Part shown: in pieces, positions 27,847 through 37,029 of the stretch
Layout of the letters: each line of letters starts with the position of its first letter
How positions within the stretch are numbered: the stretch's first letter is position 1
Source: an uncultured Actinomycetota bacterium
Lineage (GTDB): Bacteria; Actinomycetota; Actinomycetes; JADGOV01
Assembly (NCBI GenBank): GCA_963814355.1
Contig: CAWFCZ010000018.1
Coordinates: 854,590-918,589 of the forward strand
Length of the DNA stretch: 64,000 nucleotides
Reading direction: 5' to 3'
The notes under the pieces: generated by a model
The model's input: the letters and a program-made list of their open reading frames with translations, nothing else
Database searches by the model: none
Told to the model about the DNA's origin: nothing
Translations under genes and position numbers: made by a program

Positions 27847-29115
27847 TCAGCGCCGTCGCTGGGAGCCGCGGTAGCCCGCCCATGGGTCGTAGTCGACCTC
27901 GAGTTCGGCCTGCTCGGGACGTTGCTCCTCCGGGACGTGCTGGAGGTTGATCCGCACGCGATACCACACTGAGCTGCTGCCGCGCATGCCGTCGACGAGC
28001 ACGTCGGAGTCCTCCAGCAGCGGCACCAGATCGGGGTGTTTCGCCTGCCAGGACTCGAGGCCGGCGAGCGCCTCCGGTTTCGTACGGGCTCGAGCCACCT
28101 CGACGAGCGGCATGCGGGGCGTTCGCCGCCCGGTCCCCTTCGGGGGCTTCTCCACCGGGCCGAGCCGCTCGGCCAGCGCCAGCAGTGCCTCCAGCGACCC
28201 CGGTTCGGCGTCGAACCCGGCCCACGGGTCGCCGATCTCGGCGAACCGGGCGGGCGCGGTGGCGAGCGTGTGGTCCGGCGGGCGGACCTGGCGCACCTCG
28301 TCCCAGCGCAGCGGCGTGGACACCCGCGCGTCCGGCGTGGCCCGCACCGAGTACGCCGAGGCCACCGTGCGGTCCTTGGCGTTCTGGTTGAAGTCGACGA
28401 ACACCCCCTGACGTTCCTCCTTCCACCACCGGCTCGTCGCCAGCCCGGGCGCGCGGTGCTCCACCTCACGGGCCACGGCCTCCGCCGCCGACCGCACCTC
28501 GGGAAAGGTCCAGACCGGGTCGAGGCGGGCGTAGATGTGGAAGCCCCGGGAGCCGGACGTCTTCGGCCACGCCGACAGTCCCACGTCGGTAAGGACCTCC
28601 CGGACGACGAGCGCGACGTCGATGATCTGCCGCCACTCCACGCCCGGCACCGGATCCAGGTCGATACGCAGCTCGACGGGGTGCTCGAGGTCCTCAGCCA
28701 ACACCGGGTGCGGGTTGAGGTCCACGCAGCCGAGGTTGACCACATAGGCCAGCCCAGCCGCGTCGCGCACCACGATCTCGGCCGCCGAGGTCCCCGACGC
28801 GTAATGCAGCTCAGCGACCCCCAACCACTCCGGCCGCGTCGCCGGGGCCCGCTTCTGGAACACCGCCTCCTCGCCGATGCCCTTGACGAACCGCTTGAGG
28901 ATCATCGGCCGGCCGGCCACCCCGCGCAGCGCCCCCTCGGCGACCGACAAGTAGTAGCGGACCAGGTCCAGCTTGGTGTACCCGGCGGCGGGAAACACCA
29001 CCTTGTCCGGGTTGGTGATCACCACCTGGCGGCCGCACAGCTCGAGCACCCGCTCCCTCGATGTCGCCACACTGACAGACTCAACCGTGATCGACCACGG
29101 CGTCCAGCCCGCCAC
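27847..29115 (-). CDS. Stand-alone NHEJ DNA polymerase/primase domain (LigD-Pol, PolDom) with ~110-aa C-terminal extension
   Basis: Colinear with LigD polymerase domains (VVITNPDKVVFPAAGYTKLDLVRYY..., SGSRGFHIY catalytic Ser/His region, VDFNQNAKDRTVASAYSVRA). No ligase or 3'-phosphoesterase domain is fused. The extra C-terminal region is of unknown function. Confidence 0.7.
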   Translation of the reverse strand: MAGWTPWSITVESVSVATSRERVLELCGRQVVITNPDKVVFPAAGYTKLDLVRYYLSVAEGALRGVAGRPMILKRFVKGIGEEAVFQKRAPATRPEWLGVAELHYASGTSAAEIVVRDAAGLAYVVNLGCVDLNPHPVLAEDLEHPVELRIDLDPVPGVEWRQIIDVALVVREVLTDVGLSAWPKTSGSRGFHIYARLDPVWTFPEVRSAAEAVAREVEHRAPGLATSRWWKEERQGVFVDFNQNAKDRTVASAYSVRATPDARVSTPLRWDEVRQVRPPDHTLATAPARFAEIGDPWAGFDAEPGSLEALLALAERLGPVEKPPKGTGRRTPRMPLVEVARARTKPEALAGLESWQAKHPDLVPLLEDSDVLVDGMRGSSSVWYRVRINLQHVPEEQRPEQAELEVDYDPWAGYRGSQRRR

Positions 29116-29354
29116 TCACCCCAACCGGAGCCACGCGACACCCGCGGCGGTTCCGCAAGGTCTGGCCACCCATCGAAAGCATCATGCTGGGTCATGTCCG
29201 GGCGTCGGCGAGCACCTCGCGAAGGCGACGGGCCCAGCGTCGCGTTGGAGGCCATGTTGCTGCCTCGTTCCGGAGCAGCCCCGGTCTTGACCCTGGCACC
29301 CGGCTTGACCCCCCGACACCGGCACCGGCTACGGACCCGGAACCTGGGGCAGCG

Positions 29355-29786
29355 TCAGGTCTCGAGGGAGGCCCGCAGCCGTTCGAGGTCGGCGGTGATG
29401 CTGCGCCGCACCTGACGGGTCATCAGCGGGGTGGCCCAGCCGAAGAACCGGCCAGGGCTACCGGCGGCTCGGATGGCGACCGACGTGCCCCCCGGGGCGT
29501 CCTCGAGCTCGTAGGTGACGTGCATGGGAAACGGCCGGTCGACTCGCAGCTCGACGAGCCGGTCTGGCTCGTCCCGGGTGACGACGTAGCGGTAGTCGAA
29601 GGTGCGGCCGAGGAACCTCGCGGTGCGCACCACTGTCGAACCCTCACGGAGGCGACCGGGCTGGTCCGGGCGGCTGGAGGTGATGCCGCCGGTCCACCGC
29701 AGGTCGTTGGCCGGGTCGAACATGAAAGCCGCCACCTCGGGCCGAGGCCGGCGGACAAGCACGGCCGGCCGAACGTCGACAGCCAC
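29355..29786 (-). CDS. SRPBCC-superfamily (polyketide cyclase/dehydrase-like) protein
   Basis: 143 aa with a GTG start. Size and sequence pattern of Bet v1-like/SRPBCC proteins. Confidence 0.5.
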   Translation of the reverse strand: MAVDVRPAVLVRRPRPEVAAFMFDPANDLRWTGGITSSRPDQPGRLREGSTVVRTARFLGRTFDYRYVVTRDEPDRLVELRVDRPFPMHVTYELEDAPGGTSVAIRAAGSPGRFFGWATPLMTRQVRRSITADLERLRASLET

Positions 29787-29819
29787 GCGCGCTCCTTCCC
29801 GTTGGTGTCGAGTAGCCCG

Positions 29820-30254
29820 CTAGCTGGTCTCGGTGAACAACGGCTGCGGCGTCCCGGTGTCGGCGAACGTGGCGAGCCGGTCCATGACCATCGCCCAGGT
29901 CTGCGCGGTATGGCCGAGGTCGGTTTCCGGATAGTCCTCGGCGAACCCGTAGTGGCGGAACAGGATGCCGGTGCCGGACTCGGCTCGGCTGGCCGGGCCG
30001 AGCTCCCACTCCCACGTCGAGCCCTCCCAGAACGGGAACCCGGAGCTAACCTGCATGCGGATGAGCTTGCCGGGCTCGGTGCTCACGGTGACCTCCAGGT
30101 CGACAGGGGCCTGGGCGAACCCGAACCGGGCGCGGTCGGCGGACACGTCGCAGTCCGCGGTCCAGAAACCGCGCTGTCCCTCAGTGGTGGACAGGACCTC
30201 GAAGACGTGGTCGACGTCGGCGGCCACGTCGACGGCCAAGGTGGTGCGGGACAT
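29820..30254 (-). CDS. SRPBCC/AHSA1-like (activator of Hsp90 ATPase homolog) domain protein
   Basis: Best start is M30 of the ORF (MSRTTLAVDVAADVDHVFEVL...). Typical AHSA1-type small START-like protein. Confidence 0.5.
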   Translation of the reverse strand: MSRTTLAVDVAADVDHVFEVLSTTEGQRGFWTADCDVSADRARFGFAQAPVDLEVTVSTEPGKLIRMQVSSGFPFWEGSTWEWELGPASRAESGTGILFRHYGFAEDYPETDLGHTAQTWAMVMDRLATFADTGTPQPLFTETS

Positions 30255-30380
30255 TGTTCCTCCTGGTGGTGAGCAGCGACCTACTTTAGGCTTACCTAAA
30301 ATAGAGCCTAGGTCAAGTCGCGCCGGCCGATGCGTCCACACTTGTCCCGGGAGCGCAACCGGAAGTGAGGGCGGGTCGTC

Positions 30381-30692
30381 GTGGAGCCCTTGCAGGTGAT
30401 CGCGGCCCCCCGGCGGCTACGGATCCTCGAGCTCGTCTGGGACCGCGAGCGGTCCGCCGGTGACATCGCAACCCAGTTCGACGTCTCCTGGTCGGCGATC
30501 AGCCAGCACCTGACCGTGCTGCGCTCCGCCGGGTTCCTGCTCGAGCGCCGCGAGGGCAACAGCCGCCTCTACCGCGCCGACCAGGCGGCGCTCGGCCCGC
30601 TGCGCGCGGTCGTCGAGCAGCACTGGCGGGCCGGCCTGGGACGCGTCCAGGAACTCGCCGAGGCCGAACAGCGGGACCGGGACCGGACATGA
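30381..30692 (+). CDS. ArsR/SmtB family metalloregulatory transcriptional repressor
   Basis: GTG start. Winged HTH present: RLRILELVWDRERSAGDIATQFDVSWSAISQHLTVLRSAGFLLERREG. Confidence 0.7.
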   Translation: MEPLQVIAAPRRLRILELVWDRERSAGDIATQFDVSWSAISQHLTVLRSAGFLLERREGNSRLYRADQAALGPLRAVVEQHWRAGLGRVQELAEAEQRDRDRT

Positions 30693-31126
30693 CCGACCCC
30701 GCCGTGCTAGAGGTCAGCGTGCACATCGCCGCCCACCCCGAGACGGTGTTCCCGTACTTCACCGACCCGGCCCGCTACGTGCAGTGGATGGGCCGCGACG
30801 CCGATCTCGAGCCCGTTCCGGGCGGCACGTATCGGGTGCGGATGCGCGACGGGGTCGAAACCGTCGGGCGGTTCCTCGAGGTCGACCCGCCGCGCCGGCT
30901 CGTGTTCACCTGGGGCTGGACCGAGGGCCCGCCGGTCCCTCCCGGCAGCACCCGCGTGGTCGTCACCCTCGAACCGGAGGCCGGCGGCACCCGCGTCGTG
31001 CTGCGCCACCACGACCTCCCCGACGACGAACAGCGTCAGCACCACACCGCCGGCTGGGAGATGTACCTCGGCCGTCTCGCCGTTCGCCTGGCAGGCGGCG
31101 ACCCGGGCATCGACCCCAATGCCTGA
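30689..31126 (+). CDS. SRPBCC/AHSA1-like domain protein, translationally coupled to ArsR
   Basis: ATGA start/stop overlap with the arsR-like gene, a classic ArsR + AHSA1-like pair. Confidence 0.6.
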   Translation: MTDPAVLEVSVHIAAHPETVFPYFTDPARYVQWMGRDADLEPVPGGTYRVRMRDGVETVGRFLEVDPPRRLVFTWGWTEGPPVPPGSTRVVVTLEPEAGGTRVVLRHHDLPDDEQRQHHTAGWEMYLGRLAVRLAGGDPGIDPNA

Positions 31127-31435
31127 CCGTCTCCGCGCTTGCGGGCGGTCAGCAACAGGTACTCCCAGTCCATCGCCCCGCCGCCCAGGTCATGCCGGCC
31201 GCCAACTCGAGCAGGTCGCGGTCCAGGGCTGCGGTCCGTTCCGGGTCGCCGGCGAGGCTCCGGTAGGTGCTGATGGTCGGGCCGTAGCTCGCCTTGAAGT
31301 AGTCCCGGAATGCGGCCCCGTCGCGGAAGTGGTCCACCCGCAGCGTCTGGCGACGGGCTCGGACGTCGCTCACCCGGTCGCAGAGCAGTCACTGACGTGG
31401 GACTCCCGGCCCCACAGCGGCGGCGGCTCGGCGCC

Positions 31436-31453
31436 GGGCGGGGGGGGGCGGGG
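31436..31453. repeat. G-tract (GGGCG9CGGGG), homopolymeric slippage-prone / G-quadruplex-capable
   Basis: Read directly: gggcgggggggggcgggg lies immediately 5' of the HxlR-like start codon, between two truncated genes. Confidence 0.6.
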
Positions 31454-31456
31454 CGT

Positions 31457-31927
31457 ATGGCTCCTCGGGAGCTCACCCTCGGCAGCCGGCACTTCAACGA
31501 GCTGCGGCGCGGCGTGCCCAGGATGTCCCCCACCCTGCTGTCCAAGCGCCTGAACACGCTTGTTCGGGCCGGGGTGGTCGACCGCTGGGACGATGGTGGG
31601 CGGATCGTCTACCAGCTCACACCGGCCGGACGAGAGCTTGAGCCGATCGTCGCGGCCGTGGGCAGTTGGGGGGTTCGCTGGATGCCCGAGCTGGGCAAGG
31701 AGGACGACTGCCCGCCGGCCACCCGTCATTGGTGGATCGTGGTCAACCCTGACGAGGTGGACGTCTGCGACGTGGATCCCGGCTTCGACGTCCGGGTCAC
31801 CATCGAAGCCTCGTTACGGGCGATGATAAGACTCTGGCGCGGTGATTGGAGTTGGCGCGACGCGCAGCGCTCCGGGGAGCTGAGCATGGCGGGCGAGCCG
31901 CACGCGCGCCGGGCGGTGACCAGCTAG
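31457..31927 (+). CDS. HxlR-family winged-helix regulator, apparently carrying an internal N-terminal deletion (possible pseudogene)
   Basis: RELTLGS-RHFNELRRGVPRMSPTLLSKRLNTLVRAGVVDR matches HxlR (..ELTL..IGGKW..LIL..L..G..RFNEL..) but is missing about 19 aa between ELTLG and RFNEL. The C-terminal dimerisation region is present. Confidence 0.4.
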   Translation: MAPRELTLGSRHFNELRRGVPRMSPTLLSKRLNTLVRAGVVDRWDDGGRIVYQLTPAGRELEPIVAAVGSWGVRWMPELGKEDDCPPATRHWWIVVNPDEVDVCDVDPGFDVRVTIEASLRAMIRLWRGDWSWRDAQRSGELSMAGEPHARRAVTS

Positions 31928-32174
31928 CTCAAGCTCTCGCCGTTGGCCCACGTGCCGCGACCGGCGATGACGGGCTGACCCGCCCAAGTGCGGAGCCGCG
32001 CCCCTCAAGACCGTCCATCACGACGTGCGGACACGGTTCAGCCGGGCCACCCCTGGTCCGCGGAGCCGGTCGACGGATGCGGTGGTGCGTCCGGTCAGCA
32101 CCAGGAGAAGTGCCTCGATCGGTCCCTCGACCCGAGCGCCCTGACCGGCCGACCAGTCCATGGGGCTGGCGTGA

Positions 32175-32975
32175 CTAGCCGGAGCGGTCCGGCATGTGCT
32201 GGTCGGGGTTGTTCTGGCCCAGCCAGAACACGGCGCCGGCCGGGTCGGCGAGGGCTCCCATCCGTCCGTACGGCGTGTCGAACGGCGGCGCCAGTACCCG
32301 GCCGCCGTGGTTCTCGGCGGCGCTGACCGCGGCGTCGGCGTCGGCTACACCGAAGTACACCAGCCAGTGCGACGGGGTTCCCTCCGGTGCGCCGAACATC
32401 CCGCCCAGGCCGCCGAGCGGGGCTTCCTCGCCGCCGAGGTGGAACGTGGTGTAGTCCGGCCCGGCCTCCGGCAGGGGTCGGAAGTCGAAGCCGAACACCT
32501 GGCCGTAAAAGGCTCGGGCCGCCGCCGGGTCGGTCGAGCGCAGGTCCTCCCAGGACAGCCCGCCAGGGGCATTGACGAGCGAGGCACCGATGTGGGTACC
32601 GGCCTGCCAGACGCCGAAGACAGCGCCGGACGGGTCGCTCGCGATGAGCATCCGGCCGAGAGGTCCCACGTCGCCGGGTGGCAACAGTACGGTGCCGCCG
32701 TTCTCGGTGACCGCGGCCCCGGTCTTGTCCGCGTCGTCGCTCGCGAAGTAGAGCGTCCAGGCTGGTGGCTGCCCCTCGCCCTGGATGGGGCCGATGCCGG
32801 CAGCGGCGCCGCCGCCGGCCTCGCCGATGACGTATCCCCCGTACTCCTGCTCGGTGTCCTGGAAGGACCACCCGAGGACGGCGCGGTAGAACTCCCGCGC
32901 GGCCGCGACGTCGGTCGTGGTCAGGTCCACCCAGCACGGCACGCCGGCTGGCCAGCGTGATGTCCGGATGCTCAT
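32175..32975 (-). CDS. VOC-family (glyoxalase/bleomycin-resistance fold) two-domain protein
   Basis: Start at M7 (MSIRTSRW...). Two tandem VOC modules (WVDLTTTDVAAAREFY... and WEDLRSTDPAAARAFYGQVFGF...). Confidence 0.6.
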   Translation of the reverse strand: MSIRTSRWPAGVPCWVDLTTTDVAAAREFYRAVLGWSFQDTEQEYGGYVIGEAGGGAAAGIGPIQGEGQPPAWTLYFASDDADKTGAAVTENGGTVLLPPGDVGPLGRMLIASDPSGAVFGVWQAGTHIGASLVNAPGGLSWEDLRSTDPAAARAFYGQVFGFDFRPLPEAGPDYTTFHLGGEEAPLGGLGGMFGAPEGTPSHWLVYFGVADADAAVSAAENHGGRVLAPPFDTPYGRMGALADPAGAVFWLGQNNPDQHMPDRSG

Positions 32976-33100
32976 GAGCCCCGATCCCATCACCTCGGCC
33001 GGGTGGTGTAAACCCCCACCATTGCCTGGCAGTGGACCGCTCAGCGCGCGACCGGTCGGGAAACTCAGAACACGTCACCGCAGCGGATACCACCCGTTGA

Positions 33101-34057
33101 AGGTACGATTCGCGCTGTAGACGGCCGAGGACACGCGTCAGGCGTGCGGTCGTCAGGGGGTATCCGCTCTGGTTCACCTTCGACCACGAACCCGACGTGA
33201 TCGTCAAGAACGATCCGAGCGGCGCCGCCACCGCAGCGGCCTACGCCTGCGCCTTCCGCACTATCCAGGGCATCGCCGACGATCTCGGCGTCACCAACAT
33301 CAAGTGGTCCTCGGCGCTGCTCGCCCCCGCCTACACCGACGGCTCGGCCGCCGACTTCATCACCGGAGTCCATCTCGACGCCGCCGGCATCGACCTCGAC
33401 CTCTACATGTATGGCCCGCTGGACAGCGGCGACGCCGCCTGCCAGCCCGCCCGGATCGCCGCGGCGGAGGCGTTCGCCCAGGCCCGCGGGCTTCGGCTGG
33501 CGCTGCCGGAGTGGGGCGTCAGCGCCAATAAGATGACGGACGATCAGCGCGCCACGTGCGTCGACCGGTGGGCCACCTGGCACGACGGCTGGGCCGAGAG
33601 CCCCTTCCTGATCTACTTTTCGCCGTTGTCCTCCCCCGGCCCGCTCAACACCCGCATCGGTCCAGGCACCGCCGCCTATGCCGCGTACGGCCGGGCCACC
33701 GGCACCACCGCCCCGCCGGCGGACACGGCCCCGCCGACGGTCAGCCTGCGAGCGCCGGTGGCCGGAGCGACGGTGACCGGAACCCTGACCGTGACCGCCG
33801 ACGTGACCGACGACACCGGCGTGGACAGCGTCACGCTGGCGGTGGACGGCTCGGCGACGTCCCGCGACGCCACGGCGCCCTACACCCCAGCCAGCATCAC
33901 CTGGGATTCCGGTTCCTACCGCGCGCCTGAGACTGAGAAGACCCGGATATCCGTGGCGGCCGTCGCAAGCGCGGTCGCGGTGAACAGCGCCAACGCGACT
34001 GCGTGCGCCGCGGTGCACCAGATGCAGATGGCGTCCAGTACGAAAAGCTCGACGTAG
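33101..34057 (+). pseudogene. 5'-truncated glycoside-hydrolase-like gene fragment with bacterial Ig-like domain
   Basis: The reading frame opens right after a stop at 33098-33100 with no start or signal. The first recognisable residues (GYPLWFTFDHEPD) look like an internal catalytic-region motif of a (beta/alpha)8 glycosidase. Downstream is an Ig-like domain (PPTVSLRAPVAGATVTGTLTVTADVTDDTGVDSVTLAVDG). The 3' 140 bp overlaps the convergent VKOR gene. Confidence 0.3.
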
Positions 34058-34392
34058 ATCAGGTACACCACCATGGCGACCCCGACCAAACCAGCGCCCA
34101 GCCGGGCCCAGGCAACCGGCGTCGAGGCGGCCCGCCACATACCGGGCAGGCACAGGACCAGCATGCCCAGGAAGTACAGCAGCCCGAGGACGGCGACGGG
34201 GGCCCCGAGAAGTTTCGACTCCGCGCTCGTGGTGACCTTGAGGCAGTTCAGGACGCCGGTGTTGGGGCAGGCCAGCGTCGTCGAGGTGGTGTAGTGCTCA
34301 TAGGTCAGATAACCGGAGACGGCCACCCCGGCGACCGACAGCAACAGCGTGACCGGCGACGCCCAGCGCGGCGGGACTCGCTCAGCTCCCAC
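33916..34392 (-). CDS. Vitamin K epoxide reductase (VKOR) family membrane protein
   Basis: Four-TM protein with a loop Cys pair (LACPNTGVLNC) and active-site CxxC in the last TM (CIWC). The GTG at 34392 overlaps the stop of the upstream thioredoxin-fold gene by 11 nt; the alternative ATG is at 34431. Confidence 0.55.
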   Translation of the reverse strand: MGAERVPPRWASPVTLLLSVAGVAVSGYLTYEHYTTSTTLACPNTGVLNCLKVTTSAESKLLGAPVAVLGLLYFLGMLVLCLPGMWRAASTPVAWARLGAGLVGVAMVVYLIYVELFVLDAICIWCTAAHAVALALFTATALATAATDIRVFSVSGAR

Positions 34393-35278
34393 CGAGTTGG
34401 CCCCGCAGCGCGGTGATGGCGGAGGAGTCACAGACCGTGCTGGGCTGATTCTTGGTCAGCGTGCAGATCGCCGCGGTGATGGCGTTCGCGGTTCCGCCGA
34501 TGCCCTTGGCGACAGCGGTCTGTGGCTTGGTCAGGTCATCGGCGATCTGCGCCATCGACATCCCGCTGAGAACTCCGGGGTCGTAGGAGGCACCGCTGAT
34601 CGTGAACCGGTTGCCGAAGTCGATGAACGGGATGCCGCCCGGCTTGTAGGTGTCGACCAGCTTCTGCTGCTCCGCGGTGATCTTGTCCAGCGGCTCGTAC
34701 CCGTTGCCGCTGGCAGCCAGCTTGTTGGACTCGGTCTCCACACCCTCGAAGGCGAGGTAGGAGCTGGTGTAGCTGGCGCCGTGAAAGCTGAACGTCGGGG
34801 TGTTGGGGTAGACCTCCGGCTTGGCGCCGGACGTGGTCGCCCCCAGGTTGTGCCAGGTGCCGAACCGGGACAGCGCGACGACCACTGGCCAGCGTTCCGC
34901 CGCGCAGTACGGGCAGTATTCGGCGCCGACATAGACCACCTTCGGCTTGCCGTCCTTGGTCAGCGGGGAGCCGCTCACCGGCTTCGGGAACGCGGCCTTC
35001 TTGAGGCTGCCGGCGCCGATCGTGTCCAGGGTGGCGGCCGGAAGGGTGGTCACCTTGGCCGCGGTCGCCGGGTCCAGCGTGACCGACGCCACGCTGCTCG
35101 TACTCTTCTTGCCACCGGCCAGCTTGATCGCCACGAGGGCACCGATCACGGCCAGCACCGCGATCACCGCGACCCCGGCCAGCACCATCCGCCGCCGAGC
35201 CTCCCGGCGGCGCTCCTTCTCCCGTAAGGCGGCGGCCTTGGCCCGGGCGTTGGGGCGGATGCGCTGTGAGCTGGTCAT
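34382..35278 (-). CDS. Membrane-anchored thioredoxin-fold protein with CPYC motif (DUF929-like), probable VKOR partner
   Basis: Start at ATG 35278 (MTSSQRIRPN...). N-terminal TM anchor (VLAGVAVIAVLAVIGALVAI). The periplasmic domain carries a Cys-x-x-Cys redox motif (GAEYCPYCAAERW). Confidence 0.6.
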   Translation of the reverse strand: MTSSQRIRPNARAKAAALREKERRREARRRMVLAGVAVIAVLAVIGALVAIKLAGGKKSTSSVASVTLDPATAAKVTTLPAATLDTIGAGSLKKAAFPKPVSGSPLTKDGKPKVVYVGAEYCPYCAAERWPVVVALSRFGTWHNLGATTSGAKPEVYPNTPTFSFHGASYTSSYLAFEGVETESNKLAASGNGYEPLDKITAEQQKLVDTYKPGGIPFIDFGNRFTISGASYDPGVLSGMSMAQIADDLTKPQTAVAKGIGGTANAITAAICTLTKNQPSTVCDSSAITALRGQLGGS

Positions 35279-35510
35279 CCGGTTCGGATCTCTCCTCATA
35301 CGGGTCCCGACCGAGACGGCCGGTTATTCCTTCATAGTACGAAGCCCGCCCGCCGGCGGCGCACCCTTCGGTCGCCGCGGGCGTGGCGACCCTCGCCCGG
35401 CATAATCCACGCGCCGGGGTCGTTACCGATTCGGGACTTGTAGGTCCCCGCCCGGTCGTCGAAAACTCGTTCGACCGCAACTGCCCGCCGCCCGCCTGAC
35501 TCGAGGACGT

Positions 35511-37016
35511 ATGAGTTCCCTCACAGCCCCCACGATCCCCGCTGGCGGTGCCGCCAGCCGCGGTCATCACCCCGGCCTCGCTCTGGCGATCATCGCCGGC
35601 TCGCAATTGATGGTGGTGCTCGATGCCACCATCGTCAACATCGCGCTGCCGAAGATGGCGAGCGCGCTGCACTTCTCCACCACCAACCTGTCCTGGGTAC
35701 TCAACGCGTACACGCTCACCTTCGGCGGTCTGCTGCTGCTCGGCGGGCGGGCCGGTGACATCCTCGGCCGGCGCCGGACGTTCGTCTTCGGCATCCTGCT
35801 GTTTACCCTGGCCTCCTTCCTCGGCGGCTTGGCGACCTCCTCGGCGTGGCTGCTGGCGGCCCGGGCCCTGCAGGGCGTCGGCGGGGCGATCGCCTCGCCC
35901 ACCGCGCTGTCGCTGATCACCACCAACTTCGCCGAGGGCGCCGAGCGCAACCGGGCCTTCGGGGTCTTCGCGGCGGTCTCCGGCTCCGGCGCCGCCGTGG
36001 GGTTGCTGGCCGGCGGCATGCTCACCTCGTGGCTGTCCTGGCGCTGGGTGCTCTTCGTCAACGTGCCGATCGGCCTGCTGCTGGCGGCCCTGGCCCCGAT
36101 GTTCGTCAACGAGTCCGAGCGGCACCCGGGCCGTTTCGACCTCGGCGGCGCGCTCTCCTCCACCGCGGGGATGACCGCCCTGGTGTACGGCTTCATCCGA
36201 GCCGCCCAGGACGGCTGGGCGGACCCGTACACCATCTGTTCCTTCGGGCTGGCCGTCGTGCTGCTCGCCGCGTTCGTTCGGATCGAGACGACGATCACCT
36301 CGCCGATCATGCCGCTGCACCTGTTCCGCAATCGGAACCGGGCCGGCAGCTACGGCATCATGCTGGCGCTCGCCGCGGCCCTGTTCAGCATGTTCTTCTT
36401 CCTCACCCTGTTCGTGCAGGACATCTTGGGTTACAGCCCGCTGCGCGCCGGCTTCGCCTTCCTGCCGGTCAGCGCCATGATTGTGGTAACCGCCCAGTTC
36501 GCCTCGCGCAGGCTGCTGACCGTCGGCCCCAAGCCGTTCATGGTGGCCGGCGCCGTGCTGGCCACCGCGGGGTTGGGTTGGCTGTCACTGCTGTCGGTGG
36601 ACAGCACCTACGTCAACGGGATCTTGCTGCCGATGCTGGCGTTCTCGGCCGGTATGGGCTTCCTGTTCGTACCCCTGACCATCACCGCAGTCAACGGCGT
36701 GGCCACCGCCGAGTCCGGGGCCGCCTCCGGCCTGCTCAACGTCATGCAGCAGGTCGGCGGCTCACTCGGACTGTCGATTCTGGTCACCGTCTTCGGCACG
36801 GCGAGTCGAAACGAGCAGAACACCCTGCTGGCCAAGGCGGCCGCGTCCGGCAAGCCGGCGACCGGCGTCAGGGAGGCGGCCCTGGCGCACGGCATCTCGA
36901 CCGCGTTCCAGATGGCCGTGGTCTTCGCCGGAATCGCGCTGCTCCTGTCCGTGGTGGCGATCCGGACCAAGGCCTCCGACGTGGACGCCTCGGCGATCCC
37001 CGGCCTGACCGGCTGA
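35511..37016 (+). CDS. MFS transporter, DHA2 (EmrB/QacA-like, 14-TM) drug:H+ antiporter family
   Basis: 501 aa. Motif A-like GGRAGDILGRRR. 14 predicted TM segments. Confidence 0.8.
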   Translation: MSSLTAPTIPAGGAASRGHHPGLALAIIAGSQLMVVLDATIVNIALPKMASALHFSTTNLSWVLNAYTLTFGGLLLLGGRAGDILGRRRTFVFGILLFTLASFLGGLATSSAWLLAARALQGVGGAIASPTALSLITTNFAEGAERNRAFGVFAAVSGSGAAVGLLAGGMLTSWLSWRWVLFVNVPIGLLLAALAPMFVNESERHPGRFDLGGALSSTAGMTALVYGFIRAAQDGWADPYTICSFGLAVVLLAAFVRIETTITSPIMPLHLFRNRNRAGSYGIMLALAAALFSMFFFLTLFVQDILGYSPLRAGFAFLPVSAMIVVTAQFASRRLLTVGPKPFMVAGAVLATAGLGWLSLLSVDSTYVNGILLPMLAFSAGMGFLFVPLTITAVNGVATAESGAASGLLNVMQQVGGSLGLSILVTVFGTASRNEQNTLLAKAAASGKPATGVREAALAHGISTAFQMAVVFAGIALLLSVVAIRTKASDVDASAIPGLTG

Positions 37017-37029
37017 CGGGGCGCTGGGA

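Noticed and set aside
26711-28429. Full 572-aa extent of the MBL hydrolase ORF
   Set aside because: The N-terminal 240 aa are Gly/Arg-rich junk overlapping the LigD-Pol gene region. The MBL domain begins at the ATG at 27697.
31149-31373. 74-aa minus-strand ORF (MSDVRARRQTLRVDHFRDGAAFRDYFKASYGPTISTY...)
   Set aside because: It looks like an isolated C-terminal tail of a larger enzyme with no N-terminal domain. Treated as debris associated with the G-tract scar rather than a gene.
34536-36320. 594-aa minus-strand ORF
   Set aside because: Antisense to the DUF929-like gene and the DHA2 MFS transporter. Arg/Gly/Pro-rich with no motifs. GC-frame artefact.
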